From contig CABYZQ010000004.1 in NCBI GenBank assembly GCA_902523535.1, positions 39,241 to 103,240 of the forward strand: a DNA stretch of 64,000 bases, given 5' to 3'. Under the pieces are notes generated by a model, which saw nothing but the letters and a program-made list of their open reading frames with translations, was not told the origin of the DNA and ran no database searches. Below are positions 39,515 through 47,809 of this stretch, in pieces. This DNA comes from an uncultured Pelagibacteraceae bacterium. Its GTDB lineage: Bacteria > Pseudomonadota > Alphaproteobacteria > Pelagibacterales > AG-422-B15. Position 1 is the stretch's first letter. Each line of letters starts with the position of its first letter. Made by a program: the position numbers and the translations under genes.

Positions 39515-41806
39515 ATGACTAAAAGACTAGTATTATCTGCAATTATACTCTTAATAATCAGCTACAACGCAATTGCTGAAGTCCCTGAAATTCTTATTAA
39601 GCCAACTAACGAAGAATATACAAGACTCTCTACCGGTCTTGCAGGCTCAAATATATCAATCATAACGTCTGATCAATTATCTTTAAGGAAGAATGATAAT
39701 ATACAGAAAATTCTTGAGGATTATTCGGGAATAGAGATTCGAAAATATTATGGTGGAATTGAAAATGTAAAGTCAGGTATAGATATGAGAGGTTTCGGAG
39801 AAGCTTCAATATCTAATGTTCTTGTTTTGCTTAATGGTAATCGTCTAAACAACATTGATATGTCCTCAGTTGATTTGTCAAATATACCTTTAGAGTCTAT
39901 CGAAAGAATTGAAATTATAAGAGGTGGATCTGGATCAACATTATATGGCTCTGGTGCTGTAGGAGGAACGATAAATATTGTAACAAAGAACTCCTCGAAA
40001 GAAAGTTCGATTAATTCGTCTTACGGATCATATAATTCATTATCTGGAGAAATATTGATAAGTAGGCCACTTAACGAAAACAACTCCATTTTATTATCTT
40101 CAAAAATGATTGAAACTGATACTTTCAGAAATTCAGCTGATTATAAGAATGAGTCCTATTTGTTAAATCTCTCAAATATACAAGAAGGTTTTAAAATAAA
40201 TCTAGATATCACTACTTCTTCAATTGAACAACAATTGCCAGGGCCAAGAGTAATTGGCGGAGTATACAATTATCACTTTTGCAATCTTTATGGAGACAGT
40301 AAAACAAATAGAAATATCGGAGGATACTCTCATTTTGATCATCCAGAAGGAGCTGAATATGGAAGAACGGCTGAAAGATGCAATACAGCAAAGAGAGTTG
40401 ATTATGCTGACTCAGAAAGTAATTCCTATAACGGTGGGATTTTATACACAATAGATGAGTTAAATAAACTACAATTTAATTTAGGGTACAAAGATAAAAC
40501 AGAAAAATCTTTTTACGGGGCTAATGCCAATACAACCACAACTTCAGCATCCGGCGACAGATACAGCAAAACAGATGTTGATGGCAACTTATTCAATCTT
40601 GCATATGAAAATAAATTCATTGAACAAAGTCACACTAATAGTCTTAAAATTGGATACGATTTTACCCATAGCTTTTACAATTCAAATAGACACCGAAAAG
40701 AAGACGAGGCAGTAGGACATTTTTACGATGCCGATATAAAATCTGAAGGGATATATTTTCAAAATACCGCTTATATCAATGATATATCTACAGCAATATC
40801 TTTTGGAGTGAGATCAGAAGATAACTATTTTAAAGGCAGGGATACTGTTGACCGGAACGTTTCTGGATTCGCAAGTATTTATTCAGCACAAGATCATTCT
40901 ACTTATAATAATAAAACGTCTAATACAGCCTATAATTTAGGAATTGATAATCGTATAAATGAAAATTTGTCCTTTTATGGTCAATACTCTGCTGCGTTTA
41001 GAATTCCAAATATTGATGAAAGAATTCTAACTAAAGATTACGCAAACACAGGTGTAAATGGTGACTTTATTCTTAAAGATCAAGAATCTGATGGTTATGA
41101 AATCGGGCTGAGATATGAAAATATGGGTTTAAGTTTAAACGCAAGTTTCTTTGATATAGAAACAACAAATGAAATCCAGTACAACCAGTCAGTTAATGCT
41201 AATCTAGATCCAATCAAGAGAGAGGGTATAAATCTTGATTTCAATAATAACCTAGACAGTAACACACGTATTAATGGATCATTTAGTTACGTTAATGCTG
41301 AGTTTACATCTGGAGAACTTTCAATGGGTACTAGTAGCTATTTATATGATGGAGTAAGATATTATACTGGAAGTGAAACTTACGGTTATCTTACTGAAAC
41401 GGCACTTAATTTTATGGGCTCTGACGGTACAGAAAATCAGGTTTTTAGTTTAGCGGGAAAAAAGGTTCCATTAGTAGCTCCAATAAAAGTGAACATAGGT
41501 TTAGAAAGAGAATTAATTAATGAATATGAGCTACTCATAGATTTGAGCTATGTTGATGAGAGGTATGTTTCAAACGATCAAGAGAATGTTGAGCCAAAAA
41601 TGCCAGATTATTATTTAGTAGATTTATATGTAAACAATAATAATAATTTTTACGATATATCATTTGGTGTAAATAATTTATTTGATGAGGCTTATTATGA
41701 TTTTGCAATTTCAAGTGTTTTTCATGATGATGCTCATTATGGAACTAGAAATGTGTATCCTTTACCAGGAAGAAATTTCTTTGTGAATTTGGGATATACA
41801 TTCTAA
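39515..41806 (+). CDS. TonB-dependent outer-membrane receptor (BtuB-like by context)
   Basis: I chose the ATG at 39515 because GGAGG lies 6 nt upstream and a signal peptide follows (...YNAIA/EVPE). It has the plug motif IEIIRGGSGSTLYGSGAVGGTINIVTK and a C-terminal aromatic residue (GYTF). It lies directly downstream of the cobalamin riboswitch. Confidence 0.9.
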   Translation: MTKRLVLSAIILLIISYNAIAEVPEILIKPTNEEYTRLSTGLAGSNISIITSDQLSLRKNDNIQKILEDYSGIEIRKYYGGIENVKSGIDMRGFGEASISNVLVLLNGNRLNNIDMSSVDLSNIPLESIERIEIIRGGSGSTLYGSGAVGGTINIVTKNSSKESSINSSYGSYNSLSGEILISRPLNENNSILLSSKMIETDTFRNSADYKNESYLLNLSNIQEGFKINLDITTSSIEQQLPGPRVIGGVYNYHFCNLYGDSKTNRNIGGYSHFDHPEGAEYGRTAERCNTAKRVDYADSESNSYNGGILYTIDELNKLQFNLGYKDKTEKSFYGANANTTTTSASGDRYSKTDVDGNLFNLAYENKFIEQSHTNSLKIGYDFTHSFYNSNRHRKEDEAVGHFYDADIKSEGIYFQNTAYINDISTAISFGVRSEDNYFKGRDTVDRNVSGFASIYSAQDHSTYNNKTSNTAYNLGIDNRINENLSFYGQYSAAFRIPNIDERILTKDYANTGVNGDFILKDQESDGYEIGLRYENMGLSLNASFFDIETTNEIQYNQSVNANLDPIKREGINLDFNNNLDSNTRINGSFSYVNAEFTSGELSMGTSSYLYDGVRYYTGSETYGYLTETALNFMGSDGTENQVFSLAGKKVPLVAPIKVNIGLERELINEYELLIDLSYVDERYVSNDQENVEPKMPDYYLVDLYVNNNNNFYDISFGVNNLFDEAYYDFAISSVFHDDAHYGTRNVYPLPGRNFFVNLGYTF

Positions 41807-41830
41807 GTATAAAACGTTATAAAAAATAGC

Positions 41831-42346
41831 ATGAGTATAAACAAACATTTAGTAGTTGGATTTGTGATCATATTGCTTTTAGCAGCAAGTAGACTGATAC
41901 CGCACCCACCCAACTTCACTCCTATTCTTGGAATGGCCATATTTTCCGGTGCAATAATTAACCATAGATTTATTGCTTATTTAATTCCTCTAACTGCTAT
42001 GCTTTTAAGTGATTTATATTTAGGTTTTCATGCAGGTATGCCTATTGTTTATTTTTCTTTAGCTGTTTGCGTTCTTATAGGAACGTTTATTGAATCGAGA
42101 GTATCAATTATCAACTCTCTATTAAGTATCAGTCTAGGAGTATTGGTATTTTTCTTGATCACAAACTTTACTGTTTGGTATGGATCTGGAATGTACGAAT
42201 ATAGTATTTCAGGCCTTATGACTTGTTACTTTATGGGACTGCCTTTTGTACAAAACACATTTATTTCAAGTATTTTGTATGGAATGGGAGCTTTTTTAAT
42301 CTACGATATCATCAATAAACGTATGATTTTTGGCAATAATGCTTAA
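41831..42346 (+). CDS. Small six-helix membrane protein, candidate vitamin transporter (DUF6580/BtuM-like by my recollection)
   Basis: 171 aa with about 6 hydrophobic segments and the motif RLIPHPPNFTPI. It starts 24 nt after the receptor stop on the same strand. Confidence 0.55.
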   Translation: MSINKHLVVGFVIILLLAASRLIPHPPNFTPILGMAIFSGAIINHRFIAYLIPLTAMLLSDLYLGFHAGMPIVYFSLAVCVLIGTFIESRVSIINSLLSISLGVLVFFLITNFTVWYGSGMYEYSISGLMTCYFMGLPFVQNTFISSILYGMGAFLIYDIINKRMIFGNNA

Positions 42347-42413
42347 AAAATAGAGTTGAAATCAGTATTTTAAGGCATTATATATTTTTTAAATTTAAAT
42401 ATTAGGTGATTCC

Positions 42414-43616
42414 ATGGATACAGCATTTTCAAGTGAAGATTTAAAATTTCAATCAGACGTAAGAGAATTTATTTCAAACAACTACCCAAAAGAACTGAAA
42501 GACTCAATCGGTACAAAAAGAAAAACTGGAAAAGAGTTGTCCCGCGATGACTTAATGTCGTGGCATAAAATCTTAGGTAAACACAATGGCTGGTCAGCAC
42601 CTGGATGGCCTAAAGAGTATGGTGGAGCAGAATTTTCTCCAACGCAAAAATATATATTTGAGCAAGAGTGTGCTCGAGCTGAATGTCAATACATAATGCC
42701 TTTCGGTGTTAATATGGTTGGTCCAGTTATTTATACATTTGGCAATGACGAACAAAAAGCAAAACATCTTCCAGGTATTTTAAGTGGAGATATATTTTGG
42801 TGCCAGGGATATTCAGAGCCGGGGTCAGGTTCTGATTTAGCATCTCTTAAAACAAGTGCAGTCAAAGAAGGTGACCATTATGTTGTTAATGGTCAAAAAA
42901 CTTGGACTACTCTTGCACAGCACGCAGATTGGATTTTCTGCTTAGTTAGAACAAACCCAGATGCAGAAAAACCTCAACAAGGAATCTCATTTCTCTTGAT
43001 TGATATGAAAACTCCAGGCATTACTGTTCGCCCAATCAAGCTTATGGATGGATCTCACGAAGTTAACGAAACCTGGTTTGATAATGTAAAGGTACCAGTT
43101 GAGAATCTAATTGGACAAGAAAATATGGGCTGGACTTACGCGAAATTTTTATTAGCACATGAAAGATCAGGCATTGCGGGTGTAGCGAGGTCTAAAAAAG
43201 CTTTAGAAAGAATAAAGCAAATTGCTAGTGCCGAGATGTCTTATGGTGAACCGTTAATACAGGATCCTGCATTTAAATCCAAAATAGCAAATGCTGAACT
43301 TGAGTTAAGTTCTTTAGAATATACTGAACTCAGAACTTTAGCGAAAGACTCAGCAGGTAAAGGTCCAGGCCCAGAGTCATCACTTCTGAAAATTAAGGGA
43401 ACTGATATTCAACAAATGGTTACTGAACTTGCGATGGAAGCGGTTGGGTATTATGCTAACCCTCATTTGGGCACTACATTGAGTAATGAATATGTAGGAC
43501 CAGATTACGCAACCAACTTATCAGGGTCATACTTTAATTTCAGAAAAGCATCTATTTATGGTGGCTCTAATGAAATTCAGAGAAATATTATCGCTAAGAT
43601 GGTTCTTGGATTATAA
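42414..43616 (+). CDS. Acyl-CoA dehydrogenase family protein (pair 2, large-subunit-like)
   Basis: 400 aa with YSEPGSGSDLASL and WTTLAQHADW. The C-terminal IYGGSNEIQRNIIAK has Gly at the MCAD Glu position. Confidence 0.85.
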   Translation: MDTAFSSEDLKFQSDVREFISNNYPKELKDSIGTKRKTGKELSRDDLMSWHKILGKHNGWSAPGWPKEYGGAEFSPTQKYIFEQECARAECQYIMPFGVNMVGPVIYTFGNDEQKAKHLPGILSGDIFWCQGYSEPGSGSDLASLKTSAVKEGDHYVVNGQKTWTTLAQHADWIFCLVRTNPDAEKPQQGISFLLIDMKTPGITVRPIKLMDGSHEVNETWFDNVKVPVENLIGQENMGWTYAKFLLAHERSGIAGVARSKKALERIKQIASAEMSYGEPLIQDPAFKSKIANAELELSSLEYTELRTLAKDSAGKGPGPESSLLKIKGTDIQQMVTELAMEAVGYYANPHLGTTLSNEYVGPDYATNLSGSYFNFRKASIYGGSNEIQRNIIAKMVLGL

Positions 43617-43657
43617 AATTTTTGACATTTTAGCTAGCAGTATATAGGACTACCCCC

Positions 43658-44836
43658 ATGAATTTTGATTATACAGAAGAACAAACACTTCTTGAAAACA
43701 TGGTCACCTCGTTTGTAAGGGATGACTATGACTGGGATACAAGATGCTCAATTGTGAAAACTGAGGAGGGATGGAAAGAAGAAAACTGGAAGAAGTTTGC
43801 TGAACTTGGCCTTTTAGGAGTTCCTTTTGAGGAGGATCATGGTGGTTTAGGTGGTGAAGCTACTGACATAATGATTGTAATGGAGCAGTTTGGAAAAGGC
43901 CTTGTTGTAGAGCCTTACATGCCATCAATAATTCTTGCTGGAGGTCTCATCTCTAAACTTGGATCAGCTGATCAAAAAAATTCAATTATCCCCGAAATTA
44001 TATCAGGTGACAGACGTTATGTTTTTGCATACGCAGAGCCTCAGAGTAGGTTTGATTTATTTGATGTTAAATGTTCAGCGACTCTTGACGGAGATAATTA
44101 TATTATTAATGGATTTAAGTCAGTAGTCTTTGGAGCTGGAATGGCAACTCACTTAATTGTTTCAGCGAGAACTGATGGAGATCAAAGATCAAAATCAGGA
44201 ATTACACTATTCTTGGTTGATATAAAATCTGATGGTATCACTTTACAGAATTATCCAACAATAGATGAGTACAGAGCATCTGAGGTTGTTATCGAAAATT
44301 TAACTGTGTCGAAAGAAAATATTTTAGGTGAGCTGGGTAATTCTTATGAAGCAATTGAAGAACAAGTAGATTTATCTACAATTGCAATATGCTCAGAAGC
44401 TGTTGGCATTTTACAAGTGCTAAAAGACTCTACGAATGATTATTGTAAAAATAGAAAACAATTTGGGCAATCCATCAGTGCAAATCAAGCTATACAGCAC
44501 CGCCTTGTTGACATGATGATTGAATATGAGCAAGCAAAATCTATTCTTTATATGGCTATTACTGCAGACCTAAGTAATACAGATGAAAGAAGAAAGGCCG
44601 CATCGGCTGCAAAAGCTCGTATTGGAAAAGCTATTAAATTTGTTGGTGAAAATGCTATTCAATTACACGGTGGCATGGGTGTTGTTGACGAGTATATGAT
44701 CAGTCACTTTTTTAAAAGAGCAACAATGATCGGTATTCTTTTCGGCAATGTTGATTTTCACATGAAAAGATACACTGATTTGACCCAATCTAATATTCAG
44801 TCAATAAATGAAGACGACGGAATTAATCTTTCTTAG
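43658..44836 (+). CDS. Acyl-CoA dehydrogenase family protein (pair 2, small-subunit-like)
   Basis: 392 aa with an ACAD fold (QLHGGMGVVDEY). The C-terminal motif is degenerate (ILFGNVDFH instead of IYEGTxEIQ). Confidence 0.85.
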   Translation: MNFDYTEEQTLLENMVTSFVRDDYDWDTRCSIVKTEEGWKEENWKKFAELGLLGVPFEEDHGGLGGEATDIMIVMEQFGKGLVVEPYMPSIILAGGLISKLGSADQKNSIIPEIISGDRRYVFAYAEPQSRFDLFDVKCSATLDGDNYIINGFKSVVFGAGMATHLIVSARTDGDQRSKSGITLFLVDIKSDGITLQNYPTIDEYRASEVVIENLTVSKENILGELGNSYEAIEEQVDLSTIAICSEAVGILQVLKDSTNDYCKNRKQFGQSISANQAIQHRLVDMMIEYEQAKSILYMAITADLSNTDERRKAASAAKARIGKAIKFVGENAIQLHGGMGVVDEYMISHFFKRATMIGILFGNVDFHMKRYTDLTQSNIQSINEDDGINLS

Positions 44837-44848
44837 ATAAATAATTAC

Positions 44849-45751
44849 CTATTCTGATAGCTTTTTAAATATATGGGCAGTGTGTTCCGCTCCACTTCTA
44901 AGAGCTTTACTGTTTGTCATATCTGAAGCCTCTGACCATTTTTCAGCAAGCATATCAGCATTTAGATCATCTCCTTTAAGAGCTATTCCTTCAGAATGAA
45001 CTATTTCAGCCATTGCAAACACACCTGCTCCAGCAGAAATCATTACACCATCAGGTGCATCTTCAGATGACATGAATATTACCGCGGGAGATACAGACTC
45101 AGGCTTAAGGCTATCAAATACTGCGTCAGGCATTCCAAGATTTTCTGTCATTCTTGTAGCTGCGACAGGTACGAGTGAATTTACTTTGATATTATTCTTT
45201 TGTCCTTCAATTCTAAGAGTATTCATTAATCCAACAACTCCCATTTTAGCCGATCCGTAATTAGACTGTCCAAAATTGCCAAATATTCCTGATGAAGAAG
45301 ATGTCATAACTATTCGGCCATATTTCTGTTCAACCATAATAGGCCATACAGCTTTAGTACAATAGACAGATCCCATCATATGTACATCAACTACAAATTC
45401 AAAATCATCCAAAGTTACTTTTGCAAAAGATTTATCTCTTAAGACACCAGCATTATTTACAAGAATATCAATCCTTCCATATGCTGCCATTGCGTCGTCT
45501 ACCAGTTTTTTTACACCGGCTTTATCAGTTACACTTGATCCATTTGAGATGGCATCGCCACCCATAGCTTTAATTTCTTCAACAACCTTATCAGCTGCTT
45601 CACTTGATCCACCTGATCCATCTACAGAGCCACCTAGATCGTTAACAATAACTTTAGCACCTCTTTCAGCAAATTGAAGTGCATGGCATCTTCCTAATCC
45701 ACCACCAGCGCCTGTTACTATTGCTACTTTATCTTTAAAACTTATTGTCAT
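44849..45751 (-). CDS. MFE-2/Hsd4A-type SDR, probable (R)-3-hydroxyacyl-CoA dehydrogenase
   Basis: 300 aa. VAIVTGAGGGLGRCHALQFAERGAKVIVNDLGG, NNAG, and MTSSSSGIFGNFGQSNYGSAKMG closely track the N-terminal dehydrogenase domain of multifunctional enzyme type 2. Confidence 0.8.
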   Translation of the reverse strand: MTISFKDKVAIVTGAGGGLGRCHALQFAERGAKVIVNDLGGSVDGSGGSSEAADKVVEEIKAMGGDAISNGSSVTDKAGVKKLVDDAMAAYGRIDILVNNAGVLRDKSFAKVTLDDFEFVVDVHMMGSVYCTKAVWPIMVEQKYGRIVMTSSSSGIFGNFGQSNYGSAKMGVVGLMNTLRIEGQKNNIKVNSLVPVAATRMTENLGMPDAVFDSLKPESVSPAVIFMSSEDAPDGVMISAGAGVFAMAEIVHSEGIALKGDDLNADMLAEKWSEASDMTNSKALRSGAEHTAHIFKKLSE

Positions 45752-45760
45752 TTTTAACTC

Positions 45761-46420
45761 CTATGTGATCAAATCTTTTAATTGAGAGAAATTATTTATC
45801 ACCATATCAGCCTCTTTGTAAATATTTTTATTATCTGTATATCCATACTCAACTAAAACAACTGGCATATTTGCATTATGACCTGCATTTAAATCCGTAG
45901 CACTGTCTCCAATCATAATTGACTCAGACTGACTAATTTTGAGGTAGTTACAGATTTCAATTAAAGGGAGGGGATCTGGTTTACTTTTAATATACGTATC
46001 TCCTCCAACAAGAAAATCAAAGTACTTTAATACATCTAACTTCTCTAAAAGCATGACACTTAATTTTTCCATTTTATTAGTGCACACTGCTAATTTAATT
46101 TCTTTAGATTTAAGAAACTCTAAAACTTCTCTTACATTGTTAAAAAGTATGCTGTCATCATCAATATTGTGCGTATAATGTAGTAAAAATATTTTTAACA
46201 TCTCATTCAATTTTGCATCATCGTGTTCAATATTTTTTGTAACAGCAGTTCGTCGTATTAATTCACGCGCACCATAGCCGACCAGATTTCTTATTTCCTC
46301 TAGCGAGACTAATGGATAGTCGAGTTCAGAAAGCATATAGTTCAGAGAATTTTTAAAGTCTGGAGCTGTATCTACCAGCGTGCCATCGAGGTCGAAAATA
46401 AACAATTTTTTGTTTTTCAT
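45761..46420 (-). CDS. HAD-family hydrolase, phosphoglycolate phosphatase-like
   Basis: 219 aa with motif I FIFDLDGTLVDT, motif II CTNK, and motif IV GDSATD. Confidence 0.75.
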   Translation of the reverse strand: MKNKKLFIFDLDGTLVDTAPDFKNSLNYMLSELDYPLVSLEEIRNLVGYGARELIRRTAVTKNIEHDDAKLNEMLKIFLLHYTHNIDDDSILFNNVREVLEFLKSKEIKLAVCTNKMEKLSVMLLEKLDVLKYFDFLVGGDTYIKSKPDPLPLIEICNYLKISQSESIMIGDSATDLNAGHNANMPVVLVEYGYTDNKNIYKEADMVINNFSQLKDLIT

Positions 46421-46500
46421 AGTTAAATTAAAGTAAGCCTCTGAAATAAATTTTTACGATACAATTAATAACATATTGTTTATTTTTCATTCAAAATCCA

Positions 46501-47805
46501 ATGAATAATTTAGAAATTGTCATACTTGCGGCTGGGAAAGGAACTAGAATGAATTCTAGTATCCCAAAAGTATTGCACCCTTTGGGTGGGAAACCCATAA
46601 TTGAACATGTTTTAGATACCGCACGATCTTTAAAGCCCAAGAAAATTCATTTAGTACTTAATAAAGAAATAAAAAATGAATTTGTTCACTTAAAAAATAA
46701 AATCAATTTAATAATACAAAAAAAACAATTAGGAACTGGTGACGCCATCAACGTGGCCATAAAAAGTTTTCAAAAAAATTCTAATATTCTTGTCCTTTAT
46801 GGAGATGTTCCACTCACGCATTCACTCACTTTAAAAAAAATAATTAAGTTCAAAAAAAATGAAATCAATATTCTTTGTTTCAATAAAGAAGAGCAAAATA
46901 ATTATGGAAAAGTTGTATTGGGAACTAATGGTTTGGTTAATGAGATAATTGAACAAAAAGAGCTTAAAAGAAAAGAGAACTTCTACCTATGTAATTCTGG
47001 TATTTTTTCAATACACTCATCACTTCTTCAAAAATTAATACCAAAAATAAATAATAAAAATATGAAGAAAGAATATTATTTAACAGATATCTTCAAAGTG
47101 GCATCAAATAGTGATATCAAAATTAAGTCAGTTATTACATCTGAGAAAGAAGTTCAGGGTATCAATGATAAAAAGGATTTAGCCATGGCAGAAAATGAAT
47201 TTCAGGAAAATTTAAGAGCTAAACATCTTAAAGCTGGAGTAACAATGCATGACCCCAGTACTGTATATTTATCAGAAGACACAAAAATAGGAAAAGATGT
47301 AACTATTCACCCTTTTGTTGTCATTGGTAAAAATGTAAAAATCTTAAATGGGGCTGAGATTTATTCTTTTTCACATTTAGAAGACTGTAAGATCGGAAGG
47401 AAAACTAGCATAGGACCTTACGCCCGTATAAGGCCAGGTACACAGATTAATGAACATACAAAAATTGGAAATTTTGTTGAAGTTAAGAATTCAATAATTG
47501 ATACAAATTCAAAAATTAACCACCTATCTTATGTTGGAGACTCAGTAATTGGAAAAAATGTTAATGTTGGAGCAGGAACAATAACATGTAATTACGATGG
47601 AAAAGCAAAATATAAAACAGTCATTAAAGACAATGCCTTTATAGGATCAAACTCTTCACTTGTTGCGCCATTAGAGGTTGGTAAAAATGCATACATTGGC
47701 TCTGGCTCAACGATAACAAAAAAAGTTAAACAAGATAGTCTGGCTGTTGAAAGATCAGTTCAAATGGAAGTAAAAAATTGGGCCAAGAGGAAAAATAAAA
47801 AATAA
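46501..47805 (+). CDS. glmU: Bifunctional UDP-GlcNAc pyrophosphorylase / GlcN-1-P N-acetyltransferase
   Basis: 434 aa with LAAGKGTRM at the N-terminus and a C-terminal left-handed beta-helix hexapeptide repeat. Confidence 0.9.
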   Translation: MNNLEIVILAAGKGTRMNSSIPKVLHPLGGKPIIEHVLDTARSLKPKKIHLVLNKEIKNEFVHLKNKINLIIQKKQLGTGDAINVAIKSFQKNSNILVLYGDVPLTHSLTLKKIIKFKKNEINILCFNKEEQNNYGKVVLGTNGLVNEIIEQKELKRKENFYLCNSGIFSIHSSLLQKLIPKINNKNMKKEYYLTDIFKVASNSDIKIKSVITSEKEVQGINDKKDLAMAENEFQENLRAKHLKAGVTMHDPSTVYLSEDTKIGKDVTIHPFVVIGKNVKILNGAEIYSFSHLEDCKIGRKTSIGPYARIRPGTQINEHTKIGNFVEVKNSIIDTNSKINHLSYVGDSVIGKNVNVGAGTITCNYDGKAKYKTVIKDNAFIGSNSSLVAPLEVGKNAYIGSGSTITKKVKQDSLAVERSVQMEVKNWAKRKNKK

Positions 47806-47809
47806 TTTT

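Noticed and set aside
34460-44836. I considered that the ACAD pairs might be DmdC-type MMPA-CoA dehydrogenases of the DMSP demethylation pathway.
   Set aside because: As I recall, DmdC is a single, considerably longer ACAD (roughly 580-600 aa). No dmdA, dmdB or dmdD-like genes are nearby. The tandem degenerate-partner architecture fits heteromeric ACADs better.
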